Shown: one piece after another, positions 21,695 through 35,430 of the stretch | Layout: the number at the start of each line of letters is the position of its first letter | Numbering within the stretch: the stretch's first letter is position 1 | NCBI GenBank assembly: GCA_002269645.1 | Contig: NIVC01002593.1 | Location: 11,574-75,573 of the forward strand | Reading direction: 5' to 3' | DNA: 64,000 nucleotides | From: Macrostomum lignano | Taxonomy: Eukaryota | Position numbers and translations under genes: made by a program | The notes under the pieces: generated by a model | Databases searched by the model: none | What the model saw: only the letters and a program-made list of their open reading frames with translations | What the model was told of the DNA's origin: nothing

Positions 21695-24242
21695 CCCAAA
21701 CCATGATCTTTATATTGTATAGACTTTCAAAGTTGAATTCCATGCATTCTCTACATAACAAAATCAGCTATATTTTCACCAATTTCTACATACTGCATGA
21801 TTTTCTTTAATTTGAACTCTACTCTTTAGCAGTCTGCTTCCTTTGAGGAGATGGATTTTTCTCTCGCAAAGGATGAATTTTTATAGAACTTAAAAATTGC
21901 TGAAAACTAAGTTGAGATAGAAACTCTTACACATAAACTTTCATCACATTTAAATTCAATTGTAATTAAAATGCGATTTTCTCTCCTTCATGGATTTCCA
22001 AATGTATATTTAGCCGGGGAGCACAACTGCTATTGACAGTCGCAATTTGACTGCCATGAGCAACTTTTTGCCAGCTAGCTATTTTTGACTTCTATATTCA
22101 GGTTAAGTAAGAATTGGGAAAAAGGTTTATAGGTTTGGATTTAGTATTGGTTTTCTCATTCTAGCTCAGCCTACGAGCAACCAATCTTAGCCAGCCCATA
22201 GCACATGGTGTAGCCAGAGCAATTGGGTTTTACCACGACATGCTCTCTTTTTACAATCAAAGTCAGCCTACGCGAAACTCTTTCTTACCCAAAGCACAAA
22301 CGCACATGCTCTGTCATTTGTCTTTCTCCATGGCTCAACCAATCAATTATTGAGTAGTCCCTGTGCTCAACTTCCAATGGTTTGGTCAAGAGTGAGGTTT
22401 TCCGCGGTGGCCAGACAAGGTCACGTTTCCAATAGTTGTCAACGAGCTATGGTTGAGCAAGTTCATGGCTAAGTTGGTGACGCAAGAGTTGTAGTTGTTT
22501 GCGACGGTCCACCGGGTATGTTCCATTAAGGTGTCACAATCGCTGGAAATCGGCAACTACTCAGTTCTCGTTGCCGCTGCTTCCATGCATTCGCCATCAT
22601 TCACCATTCGCCATTTCTGAATCGAATTGTAAGATGGCCCACAGCGCTGTGAAGGTCCAAATCAGGCAACAGCTATCTACAGCTCCAAACTTTGTCGAGG
22701 AAGAAGCTGCATGGTGGCCGACCTGGGAGCTCGTAAAACCTGTGATGCGTGTGGTTGCTACATTTTGTTCGAACGAGTTGGCCGAGTTGCTTTGGAACCT
22801 GCCAATTAAAGATTCACTGCAGCAGGAATCACCCAAGAGTCCCCCAATTACACAGGAGCCATGCATTTTTTTGAGAATTAAATACCTGATTGATATAATC
22901 TAATCGACCATGTTAAAACTAATTCTCCAAAAATTTGATTGATTAAGTTTAATTTATCTTATTTTCGGATTTCCTCGAGTTGAATTTGTGAGCCCTATAT
23001 AGCTGGCTTAAATATTTTTTGCGTTATTGCAGTTTTGTTCTATTACAGCGCGGCGTCCAGCGCATAGATAGAAGGGTAGATTGTGTGGTTCAATGCTTTT
23101 TACTTAGTTGAATGGCCTGTACTCAGTTTCCTTAGGGGATTTAAAGCTAAATAATTTGGCTTGTCAATGTACAATTAGAAGTTTGCATATTAGAATGACT
23201 TTGAAGTCCGTGGCATTGAAATAAACCATTTCGATGAGAATCGGGATAGATGGCTCGTACATGTATATACAGGTATAGACGACTGATCGAATTTTGTAAA
23301 AAGAGGAGTGTGATTAAAACCCAGCTCTGGCTAACACCATGTGCTAAATAGGCTGGCTGAGATTGGTTGCTCATGGGCTGGGTTAGAATGAGACAAACAA
23401 ATTAGGGTTAACAGTTAAGGCTAGAGTTAGGTAGGTTCCAGCAGTCGAAATTTGAGTTAGTCAAAATTGCGACAGGCCCACCCAGCCTGCCCATTCAAAG
23501 ATAATTGAACAATTTTGCTGACCCCAGTTATAAAAGTTATAATTCTTATAGAATAATAAACGAAACTAAAATAAAAACTAAATTCCTTCTAGGTTTAAGC
23601 ATTGATTTTTTCTTTAAAAATGTGTTTTGTTTAAACGTTGTCGTGCAACAATTTAGAATTTTTTTCTCAGAAAGATTTATACGAAACACGATTTTTTTTA
23701 CACAATTAGGCTTTTCATATAACCGGTGTCAGAACTAGAATCGGTTTGAAGCTTTTTATATTGTCCGTTCCGCTTTAGATCGGTTCCAGAACCGTGATCC
23801 TATTCTGGAATTCGGTTCGAGAAATTTTCTCGATCCGTTGTCGCATTTCTATAGCAACAAAAGGACGAATTTGAAATAACATTTTTAAAAGAATACTGGT
23901 TTCTCGATTTTAGATAAAAATGTTTTTATCTTTGAGAAGTAATATAATTAGACAGAAATAGAATAGAAAAATTCGACGCTTTTCATTTTCCTACTGATTC
24001 TGGTTCTGGAATCAGAATTATTTTGATTCTGGAATTGGAATTATTCTGGTTCTGGTACTCTGGAACCAGTCTTTGTGAAAAGTCTAGATCTGCTTTGGCT
24101 TTGGAACATATTGACCAATTAATTATAGTGTATTATTATGGCTTTGAAACTCTACATCTAAAATTACAAGTATACACGTACAATGATGCTTTCAAATGTG
24201 AGTGCATATAGAATAATGCTTTACTCACTATAACGCCATAAC

Positions 24243-25417
24243 GGGTCTATGAAATTTGCTTGCGAGAAGTTTGCTTGCGGGACTTTTGCTTGTGGAATTT
24301 TGCTTGCCGAGGTTTGCTTGCCGAAGTTTGCTTGCGGAATTTTGCTTGCCGAAGTTTGCTTGCCAAAGTTTGCTTGCGGAATTTTGCTTGACGAGGTTTG
24401 CTTGCCGAACTTTGCTTGTGGAATTTTGCTTGCCGAAGTTTGCTTGCCAAGCTTTGCTTGCGGAATTTTGCTTGCCGAAGTTTGCTTGCCGAGCTTTGCT
24501 TGTCGAACTTTGCTTGCCGAAGTTTGCTTGCCGAATTTTGCTTGCAGGAAATTTGCTTGCTGCACATAAGCTTGCCAAAGTTTGCTTGTGGAATTTTGCC
24601 TGCCGAATTTTGCTTGCAGGAAATTTGCTTGTAGGAAATTTGCTTGCTGATCAAGGTTTGCTATCTAAAGTTTTTTTTAGCGGAACTGTAAAGAACCAAT
24701 TTTTGAGCTCTTTAATTATTTCTAATAGTTTGAAAGCTTAGTGTCAAGTCAGTTTATGTCGATGCTGATAAGAATCCACTTGCAAAGCAGCTGCACTTCC
24801 CTGATCCCCTGAACTCATTCTGCCCGGGAACCAAATAGAGCTGCATCGTCTGTACTGTAGTATGTAATAATTGACTTACCAACTTCACAAGCCATCAAAC
24901 AAGCAAGCAAACAAGAAAATAATTTGGCAAGTTAAAACCTTGCAATTGTGATTGCGAATTTTTAGGAAGCAGACATCAAAATTCTGCAAGCAAACTTCGG
25001 CAAGCAAAATTCCGCAAGCAAACTTCGGCAAGCAAACCTCGGCAAGCAAAATTCCTGCAAGCAAATTTCCTGCAAGCAAAGTTCGGCAAGCAGACTTCGG
25101 CAAGCAAAATTCCACAAGCAAACTTCGGCAAGCAGACTTCGGCAGGCAAGATTCGGCAAGCAAAGTTTGGCAAGCAAAGTTCGGCAAGCAAAGTTCAGCA
25201 AGCAAAATTCTGCAAGCAAAGTTCGGCAAGCAAACCTCGGCAAGCAAAATTCTGCAAGCAAAGTTCGGCAAGCAAACCTCAGCAAGCAAAATTCCGCAAG
25301 CAAACTTCGGCAAGCAAAATTCTGCAAACAAAGTTCGGCAAGCAAAGTTCGGCAAGCAAAATTCCTGCAAGCAAAGTTCGGCAAGCAAACTTCCCGCAAG
25401 CAAACGTCGTACTCCCC
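24243..25417. mobile_element. Foldback-type element: two approximately 420-bp arms of ~10-bp TTTGCTTGC subrepeats in inverted orientation around a ~330-bp spacer
   Basis: Array 24250-24650 reads (tttgcttgc)n and array 24985-25405 reads (gcaagcaaa)n. All ORFs called here are translation artefacts of the repeat. Confidence 0.85.
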
Positions 25418-28400
25418 ACTACAACATAGCTGCCAGGCCAGCCCATCTGACTAACTAAGTGATCTGACATCTGTTCCATTGATGGATGCTGCGTTATTGT
25501 GTAGGCTAGTTAAGTAAAAAGATTAGCCTGTTGTCAAAAGGCTTGCTAAAAGTAGCTTAGCTAAAAAAACAAATAGACCTAAACCAAATAGAAATACTAC
25601 CAAGGATAGAGTATTAATGAATTGTCATGATTTTTTGCATCGGGGCAGGGCCTAGTGCAAGTGCAACACAATAGTAAGAGGTCATGTCATAAATAGTCAT
25701 ACTAGTAAATAATGTTAAGGCTACATTTTTATTTTTTAGCTTATTGTGCAAGTTCTGACTAATGATATTAGACTTGTGGTTTAAAAATATTATTAGCTCT
25801 AAACTAGAGATTGGTTAGCCTAGGGTCTAGGCCCCTACTTGGTAATATAACTATGTAATCTAGCATTATACCAGGGTGTACTTTGTATATCAAGCATGCA
25901 GAACAAAAAAATTTGACCAAGAAAAGTATATAAAACAGTAGATTTTTTTCTAGAAAAGTGCACATATTATTGGATTTAAATATTGCAATGATAATACTAG
26001 CAACAATATTAATTTACTAAAGCTCTTTTAGGAGTCAGGCCTTTGCATAACATTATATATTTTTTAATGAAGTTTTGTACATATAGGCTATGTATATAAT
26101 TTTTTCTATACAGAATGCCTTTTTGTTTTTGGAATGAATTCTACTTGGGCATCATATCTTAATACTAAAAGTGGTGCGTTTAATATAATAAAAGTTATGT
26201 TGAAATTGTACAATAAGTTGAATATATAGGCCCCTACAAAATTCTATGATCAATATTTTGTTATTTTACTTATATATGACCTTAAATTAAATTATATTGT
26301 TGCTTTTAGTTTTTAATTAAATCAAATATGCATATAATTTAAAACTTTTAATATTTACCTTTTAAAACAAAAATAGCCAATATTATTTTCTCTGAGTTCT
26401 ACTTGTAATATGCTTGCTCTAAACAATAAACATTCATTTATCAAACAATTTGGTTTTTTAAGTTAAATTTAAGGCTAGGATTTTGATTTTTAGTTTTAGG
26501 CTAGGATCCTACAAAAGGATTGGTTTTTGCATCAATAATTAAATATTATAAAATAAAATAAGAATATTTTATATATTCTAGTAAAGTCAACAACAAATAG
26601 AATATCTCTTTGCCCTATTAATAAAAATATAAGTTAGTTTAGAAAACAAAAATAAATGATATTTAAAAAACACCTACATATGACCCTATATTGTTTTTTG
26701 GGGAAGATTCTTGCATGCAACAAGGTTATAAGCAGTCTAATATTGCTTGCATAGTATGCATCAAGGAGTTGGCAAAGTTTTTTTGGTGTGTTCTATATAG
26801 GTAAGTGTTTTGGCAAAGCCCTAAATTGCAATGATTAAGCCTGTATAGAAATGTCTAGTTTTACTCACTGCTAGAAGCATATGACATTTTACATTTAGCC
26901 CTATTCCCTTTAATAGCCCTTAACCAATAGGCTTGCATCTTTATTTCTTGTCTAATGAAATACACCTACACCAAAAACCAACCATACCCCTCTGAATTTG
27001 TAGGAGTAAGTGCCTTTAAATCTATGTTCCATAAACTTTTCTAAGCCTCTAACACTCCTAAAGTCTTACTATTCAATCTGAGAATAATATGCTTGCAACT
27101 GCTCAAGCACCTCTGCCTTTTGTTCAAGATGTAGTATATTCTATCCTATCCTAAATTCCCTCTTATTTATGAGCCACAATCCCATAACCCCTAAAAAACT
27201 CAACTCTTCAAATGCAAACTTCTTAGTCTTTAATCCTCTAATTCCTATTCATCCCTACTTCCCCCCCCCCATTTATGAGCCACAACACCAATATTTAACT
27301 CTTGACTTGTTCCAAATCTTTGCCCTACATCAAAGGAACTATTTAGTCTGGATTGTCAACTTTCTAATTCTGATTTAAATAAAATATTGGTCAATTTGAT
27401 CAAATTAAAATATTCCAAATATTTGTCTCATCTGAACACCTTAGTCCACTGGCTAATTGGCTAAGATATACATATATGTCAGTTGTAACATGTTGCACTA
27501 TCTCATATTTGAGAATATTTGCTTGGCTTCTACTCGGTGGCACATGTTATTTGCATGCTTAGCTATGCTTGGACCTATCTTATTTGAGTCTATCATAGAC
27601 TGCAAAGCTTCTTTTGAAAGCTATAAATTTGTCAGAGGCTAAAAAGTTCTTTTATAAACCACTCTTTTCCTCTTTTCCTGCATTATAGCATTGTCAGGGG
27701 GTCTATCTAAAATTGTGACAGTTGGCCAATCATAAAAATTACATTTTCCAATACAAAGTCAGGGTTGGGGTTAAGGTTAATTATAAAAAATTGCCTTCCC
27801 AAACAAAAGATTTACATGGAAATTGCTAAGATGTCAGGGCTTGTGAGGGTATTGTTAGGCCCTAAGATTTCAAGGCTCATGGTGAAATTTCTGAGATTTC
27901 TAGACTCATAAAGAAAATTGCTAAAATTCCATGGTTCAGGAAAATCAATAAAATGCCAAGGTTTCTGTGGGTATTGTTAAAATGATTTTTAATGATTTCA
28001 AACTCCTAGGGGTTGCTCAGATGTTGAAGACAAAACTCATAGAGGTTTTAAGCTTAAGCTTTCTTTAGATTGCTAGCTTATTGAGTGGATACTCTCTGTA
28101 TTAAGCATTATTTTCCCTAAGAGTTTAACAATACTGACTGTACAACTACAAGGTATACATGTGGGCAATGGTTGCCTCCTCAATATGGGGGCGCAGATTG
28201 CTAGTATCTATCTAAATATGTCAATGACATGGCAACTTTCCACTATTCCCCCTGTTCTGCAGTGCATGGATTACTTTGATTTTGTTTCAGTTAATCAGGT
28301 TTTTTACTTTAAAAACCATATTTCAAATACATGTAATAATGTCATCTTATTGTTTCTCTTGTGCTTTAAAGTTATCATGAGAAATTACAGGACTGAAATG

Positions 28401-28872
28401 TTAATTTTCATGCATGCCAAGCACTGATCACCATGAACGTAGCTAAACAGTTGGTTGCTGTTCTCACAGTGTCGCCTGCATCTGTAATTGCTGTGACAGC
28501 AACTTTTGGATTTATCTACTGGGACACATCTCGCACATATCAAGAGAGAAAAGCTGGTGAGATTAATTTACTGTGTGCATTTTCATTTCCTGGCTAAATC
28601 TAAACTTTCTCATAATTGAGGTACTGTGAATTTTAGGTATTGTATTGAAATGGATGCTTTTTGGCCAAAAACACTTTTTTATTATGCCAAAACTTCACAG
28701 AACCAAACATTCACATCACCAAAAAGTTTTGAGCCTACATAATAATTCTCTAAATTTGAAGTGAAGTTTTGAATTGTGAAATGGTATGGTTCAAATTTTT
28801 TAAGAATTTAGCATAGTGAAGTGGCATACTAATTAGAGTTTGGGTGATGTGAAATTTAGGTCTATGAATCTT

Positions 28873-29045
28873 CATGCTTGGGCGCAACCTAGGGATTCAC
28901 CCGGCCGTTTCTATTGGCAACACACACATGTAAGTCGCTATTGGACAGAATAGTAGTCACGTGACTGCTCTCAGCCAATAGCGACTTACATGTGTGTGTT
29001 GCCAATAGAAACGGCCGAGTGATTCCCAAGGTTGCTCATGTCATG
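28873..29045. mobile_element. 173-bp hairpin MITE with perfect 8-bp TSD (hAT- or P-type)
   Basis: TSD tgaatctt at 28865-28872 and 29046-29053; long internal palindrome; near-identical copy at 35100-35275. Confidence 0.88.
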
Positions 29046-30764
29046 TGAATCTTACAGTGATCTTACAGTGAATTTTAGCTAGGCGTTGTGAAATTTAGGT
29101 CTTGTGAAAAGCACCCCTCGTATAAGCATGCTCCTGTATCGCATCTTGCAATTCTCACCCTGCATTCAGAGGTAGGCGGCAGAGAGAAGATAAAGGTGGG
29201 CATCAGCTTACTTAGTAGCTGATTAGATGCATTGTTAAATCAATTCCCAGCAAAAAACTTACAAAGCTGCATAATTGCCGAGCAGGTCATAATTTCATTC
29301 TAGAAATAGCCTGGAAATCTATTCTACAACTTTTTGCTTCACGTCTGTCGTCTGAGAGCTCACAATAGCAATGGCTTTACTTTTATCTCATTTTTGTCCG
29401 TTTTGAACCACAGAATGTTCAATAATGATTCTTGCTACAAAAAGAATTAAAATTCGCGCAACCTACTTATGTTGGAAATTTTCTCAGTAGTGCGAAAAAT
29501 GTTTATAAAAATTTATGAAAACTATCAATTTCTCCTTTGTTAGATATATGAGCTGGTTACGAGCTAATTGAAGAAAAAAGCGGAAGCATTTCATGGACCA
29601 GTCTTCTAGCAGTCAGTGTAGCAGAAATAAACAAAAAATTAGGCTTAAAGAAAAATGAAAGCAAAAGCAAAAAACAATAAAAAGTTATAGTTTATTGTAA
29701 ATTACTTTATACAATATTCACACGCTTTTTTTAGAGCTTTATTCTGTGGTCTTTGATCCATGGATCAGCAATTAATTCTTTAATTGCTGTATTAGAAATA
29801 TTATTAGCCTTACCTGTCCCTACCGCCTGGGCCTGCTTTGCTATATTGCGTTTGAGTGTTACCTCTGCTGTACTGTTCTAGCTATCCCCAAGTACGCTAT
29901 GCCCTATACGAGAGTTTTTATAAAGGCTCGTTCACATCGCCATTAATTGAGCTATCAAGTTACACTGACAGCTGGTTTATATTCAAAACGACACAAAATT
30001 ATGTACAAACTGTGATCACCAAAATAATGGTCTTTTTGATGGCTGTGAACGAACCTGAAGCGCTTAAATGATTAAGATTCCTTTTCTCTAATTATTTCAG
30101 AACTCGAAAGAACTGCCGAAAAAGCGCGGATAGCAAGGTAAATATGAAGCTCTTTTTGGCTTGATAAATTCTGTATTTAGTTTTTATTATTTCATCCATT
30201 AGGATTTGCTGCACTTGCTTTTCCAGAGAACTAGTGCGTCAAAACGAGGCTGCAAGTGCTGGCTCTACAAGTACCTAAATTATTGCACTTTATACAACAG
30301 ACATTGTGTACAGAATTTGTCTGTTAAAAATAAGATGTATTTCAGCGATTTTGTTTTTCCTCAAAGTTTGTCAAAACGAAAAAGCAAAAAATTCAAGCTT
30401 ATCGACTTTGTGTGTAATAAACGTACTATCAACCTATGAATAAAATATATTCTACCATCGAATTATGCAAGATGGTTGATGAGTAAAAAAAACTCCCATA
30501 AGTGCAAGACACGAAAACCTTCAAATTCCAGTTGTTTCTATAAGGAAGGAACTGAAAACTGAAAACTTGCAAGGCGGGAAAATTAAGGACATGAAATCTG
30601 GCTGCTTCAAGTTCACCAGATGAGCTTCCTTTATGTTTAGCGCACATAAATTCACCTGTCGAAGGTCCAGAAGTGCATATACTTCTATGGCATGACTTTA
30701 CTTTGTGTCAGTTTTTAAAAGCTGCAACTTGTAGTCAGCAAGCAAGTCGCATAGTCGGGTATTA

Positions 30765-31779
30765 TACCTTTTAGCAATCTGCCAAAACTGCGATCAATTT
30801 GGCCAGGGATAGGAAATCTCTCCGCTTACCCAGCTGAGCTGAAAGCCATAGAAATACTGCGACCAATTTGGCCTAAACTGCGATTAAGTTGGCCAACGCA
30901 ATTTTATTGTATGTGGGTAGAATAAGAAAGAAGCGACATGTTCTGCTGTCCAAAGATTGATGCCAAATTCGTCCATGTACTGTAGATGGCTTAGGCTTCC
31001 GTCACCAAGCAGCCACTCTACGTTGCCTCCGTAATTTCGTTGTTCCAGTTCTGTGGCACCTCGGAGCAGTTTAATAGTGATAAATCTGCTATTTAGAGCT
31101 CGGCTGATGGTTGTCAGGTTCACATTTTGGGCAGCAGGGAATTCTTGCGCGAGGTGACCTTTCATCTGCTCTAGCGTGGCTGTTGGAATGTTGCCGACTA
31201 AGGTGCAGATGCTGTCGATCATGGCTTTGCTAAGGGACGAACGCCTGACACCTCGAGGCAGAGTGCCGATGCGCCAGCTGCTGCGAAAGTCTCAATATAG
31301 TGTTTGTAACTGTTTTCCGTGCGATTCCCAAGAGCCGGCCGAGAATTCGCCAGTCTTTTCCATTTTCAAAGGCGCTCACCAACCTCTGGCGATCCAGAGT
31401 CGAGATTTTCATGCATGGGCTTCTCTGAGCCATAGTCTGCGATTTCCGATTTCAGCTATGGTACATGTAGATGTGATCACCGATTAAAGGCCGAATTAAG
31501 GTTGCTGCTTAGAGAAATAGAGTGCAATAAGAGCAGTACAGCCGGACACAAACGAAGTTATCTATGGCTCTAAGTTTAACTTGAAAGGCGTCGACTAGCG
31601 AATGCGATCGATCTGGCTGGGCCAACTTGATCGCAGTTTAGGCCAAATTGGTTGCAGTTTACACTGTCTATGGCTTTTAGCTCAGCTCAACTGGGTGAGC
31701 CAACTCGCGAAAGCGAAGGATTTCCTATCCCTGGCCAAATTGATCGTGCAGTTTTGGCTAACTAGATTGCAGAAAGGTA
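30765..31779 (-). mobile_element. Defective IS630-Tc1-mariner (Gambol/IS630-like) element, about 1.0 kb, with ~140-bp TIRs, TA TSD and truncated frameshifted transposase
   Basis: TA|TACCTTT...AAAGGTA|TA ends; 30765-30900 is inverted against 31615-31779. HTH-like DRQRLVSAFENGKDWRILGRLLGIARKTV, then PRGVRRSSL (frameshift near 31262), TTISRAL and YMDEFGINLWT (first catalytic Asp). The rest of the DDE domain is deleted. Confidence 0.82.
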
Positions 31780-32689
31780 TATTTTTACGAAATGCTTCCG
31801 TTTCTTCAATAACGAGTTTACTTCAACTGGAGTCTTTATACTCGTAGAAGTAGAAAACGTTACAATGGCGACGAGTAAGATAGAGTTCCAATCGGAATTA
31901 CTAACGGGAGGCCTACAAATTGAAGAGTGCCTCAACTGTTCTTCGTTGTTTCTAAAGTTCTGACAAGGCGCAGAAGAGAGTGAATCATCGAAACGATTGC
32001 TAGCAGCTTGATCTTCAGAACATCCTATCGCCAAACAAACTTAAGGATGTGTCCTACATCTAGACAATCTACATGTACGATGACCAAAGTAAAAAAGATC
32101 GTTGAGGGAACATTTCAATTCTCACGCCTAAAGTTGTCGAGAGATTCAATTTTTACAGCGGATTAGTATCACAAAGGTGAATATGTGGCTTTCTTGCAAA
32201 TCCACGAAGTTACAACACTATATGTACATGTACGCTCGTAGCTGCCACATTTCTGCGGCGCGTTTCTTCAAGAGGCAATACAAGCGACGAAACTGATTTT
32301 TCGTCGGCCTCCTAGGAATAACCTATTGCAACAGTGTCTTATTGGATCTGCAGTTTGAGAGCACTGGAAGCAGCCTCAAGGAGTTACCTGAAAAGGCACA
32401 GAATCCAAAGTGGATGCTTTCGCTGCAACGCAAAAGATAACCGGGCAGATAATTTTTCTTACCGCAGCAAGACATGGCACAAGTGCGCGGTCGAGTGGGA
32501 CAACATGCCAAGGACCACTGTAGTACTTCGTAGCTGTAACTGGACGCAAAACTCATTGTGAATTTCTTGGAAAAAATACACTGCGGAGACAGAAAAAAAT
32601 CTTTTTTCATCAAAATCAATGAATGCATTTGATCTGAGGCAGTGAAAATTACTATTTAACATGCACATGTTACTCTATTGTATTTGATA

Positions 32690-33125
32690 TAGTTGGGCAG
32701 TGAAAGGAAGTTCGTTTTTATATTGCTTTACTTTTATTTCATAAGCACAAGCAAAAGTTGTAAATACTTACAAGTGAATTATTTTTTAAATCAAGTATAT
32801 TTGTAATAAAACTTGCATGCTGGTACTCTTAGTCTCAAGCAAGGCCTTGGCTTAAAATTGGTATCTTTCTGAAGACTGGGTCAACAATATGAAAAATGAT
32901 ATTGGTAAACTTTTAAATACATTTAATTATTTAGACAGGTCTAGGAATAGCTACTAATATGCATTTAAATTCAATCTTACCTACCATAATGGTTTAAGAG
33001 TACCTGCATGGAACAATTTTAGTAGGAAAAGAACAAAAATTTCACTTGTAAGTATTTACAACTTTGGCTTGGGCTTATGAAATAAAATTAAAAACAATAC
33101 GAACATGAAACTCACTGCACAACTA
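32690..33125. mobile_element. 436-bp MITE with about 95-bp imperfect TIRs
   Basis: tagttgggcagtga...ataagcacaagcaaaagttgtaaatacttacaagtgaa is inverted at about 33040-33125. Confidence 0.75.
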
Positions 33126-33720
33126 ATCGTATATAAAATTATGACAGAGTAATATGTTGTGCATGGTAAATAAAAAGAAAATCGTCACCGTCCCAGATCC
33201 AATGCAATCATTGATTTTTTTATGAAAGAAATATTTTTTCCTATCTCCGCAGTCCATTTTATTAACGAAATTGGCCTCTCATTATTAACATTACACCTTT
33301 GAGTTTTACGTCCTATTATAACTACAGTATCAAGCAAGGTCTTGTACTGCACTTGGCCTACTTAATGCATTATTGAACTTTGAACTTAAACTTAATATTT
33401 CTTCGACAAAGTTTTAGAACTTCCTTTTCGAGGCAACCTCTTCCACAAGCAAAGTAACAAAATAAACTGAAATCCAAGGAACAATCAAAAGATCGAAATA
33501 GTTGGAAAATTTAGCAGAAATCATGAAAACTTGACGCTGTATTTCAGTTTAAGGATCTTAGCGATGACAAGTTGATACGTTCAAGCGATGCACATCGAAG
33601 TTATTGTTGAGCATGAACATTAGTCTATTCATTCTCCCTGTGCAAACGCGTTTCGCTAAGCAACAGCAATCACATGCGATACATGCATGTGAAACATTTC
33701 AAATCAGCAAACTCTTTGTA

Positions 33721-34967
33721 CGAGGGGTGTCCGGAAAGTTCTAACACTTAATCCCAGAGCGAAAACAGTAGCAGCTGCAAGCACAGCTTTAGTGTCATTT
33801 TAAAGCGGGACATATCTTCCTTGCAATGAATTCAGTCGAATTTATTTTGGTCATTTCATTAAAAATTTATGTATAAAAAACCAATTGCAATACCACTAAT
33901 TGTCTTACAATAGACACTCAGTACAGTAGAGACTAATGCATGGTGAAGTACATAACTTAGTCGCAAACCTTGCGAAATTTTGATTAGTCAAGTGTTTTTT
34001 TATTTTTGTGATTATAAACAGCATCATAAGTGTGCAATCGAAAGAAGCCGAAGGCACGGAATGTTTGAGTGCTGGGAAAAGTGTGTTGCTACAGGTTGAG
34101 ACTATGTTGAGAAGGCTGCCTTAAACGTTGATGACGATGATAAATGATGTCTACTTTACACTGGACCTGCTCCGTGGGCCTCAGTGTAGAGTGTGTTAAC
34201 CCCACCCCTCTCCCTTCGCCCACCTCTCCTCCGCCCCCCCTCCGCCGCGGGGTCGCTTCACAAGCTCGAAATTTCACAACCTCGAAAAGCACTTCCTTTC
34301 ATTCACAAACCCGAAACTTCATAAGCTCGAAATTTCATATCCTCGAAAATTTTAGCAAGCGACTTCACAAGCTCGAAATTTCAAAACCTCGAAAACCATT
34401 CTAGCAGCCGACTTCACAAGCTCGAAATTTCAAAACCTCGAAAACCATTCTAGCAGCCGACTTCACAAGCTCGAAATTTCATATTCTCGAAACTGTGGGT
34501 TAAGCTCAGACAGACAAACAGACAGACAGACACTAAGACACTAAGATAGACAGTACATTTTCGAGGTTGTGAAATTTCGAGCTTGTGAAGTCGGCTGCTA
34601 AAATGGTTTTCGAGGATATGAAATTTCGAGCTTGTGAAGTCGGCTGCTAAAATGGTTTTCGAGGATATGAAATTTCGAGCTTGTGAAGTCGGCTGCTAAA
34701 ATGGTTTTCGAGGATATGAAATTTCGAGCTTGTGAAGTTTGTGAAAGCAACCCTCCGCCGCGTGACGGGTTTTTTAAAACTTTTACTGTAAGACTATCAG
34801 TAACATTGCAATGGTTTTTCATACATAAATTTTGAATGAAATGACCAAAATACACGCGACTGAAATCATCGGAAAGAAGAGATGTGCCGCTTTAATATGA
34901 CACCAAATTTGTGCTTGCAGCTATTACTGTCAGATTAAAGGTTTCAGAACTTTCTGGACACCCCTCG
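33721..34967. mobile_element. Non-autonomous mariner/Tc1-type element, 1247 bp, TA TSD, about 175-bp TIRs, containing inverted 49-bp arrays
   Basis: TA|CGAGGGGTGTCCGGAAAGTT ... AACTTTCTGGACACCCCTCG|TA. Internal arrays at about 34257-34495 and 34560-34745 are built from a 49-bp unit in opposite orientation. Confidence 0.88.
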
Positions 34968-35099
34968 TATTTTGATTAGCTGTTTATCTTTAAATTCTCA
35001 TTATTTGCCTTTTTGTCCTTAATTTTCAATGCCACAATTTTAAATTTTTTTTATTAACAATGCACACACATTGATAGTTTACGCGGACATCATGCCAAA

Positions 35100-35275
35100 C
35101 ATGCTTGGGCGCAACCTTGGGATTCACTCGGCCGCTTCTATTGGCAACACACACACATGTAAGTCGCTATTGGACGGAATAGTAGTCACGTGACTGCTCT
35201 CAGCCAATAGCGACTTACATGTGTGTGTGCTGCCAATAGAAACGGCCGGGTGACTCCCAAAGTTGCGCATGTATG
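35100..35275. mobile_element. Second copy of the 28873 hairpin MITE
   Basis: Aligns along its whole length to 28873-29045 with few substitutions; the flanking 8-mers match at 6/8. Confidence 0.85.
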
Positions 35276-35430
35276 CTGGCAAAGAAAACTAAAATAGCAC
35301 TCTTTCCTAAAATTTCAAGAGCCTTCGTACAGTGAGGCTGTTTTCGTGGGCGCAAGCGAAACATTTGCTAATAGTATACACAATACTTAGCTGACACTGG
35401 ATATGCTAGCGGTAATACAGTCAACCGAGG

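Noticed and set aside
22499-22903. Opposed 134-aa and 89-aa ORFs
   Set aside because: No recognisable domain in any frame; may be a degraded retroelement but cannot be supported.
23395-23440. ttagggtta telomere-like sequence
   Set aside because: Only 1-2 units; more consistent with a repeat-element microsatellite than an interstitial telomere.
24221-25479. About ten long ORFs (QANFGKQTSASK / LLAEVCLPKFAC repeats)
   Set aside because: All six frames are open only because the 10-bp repeat lacks stop codons; they are translations of a foldback array.
32280-32660. Faint resemblance to a hAT dimerisation domain on the minus strand
   Set aside because: Multiple stops and too little identity to support by eye.
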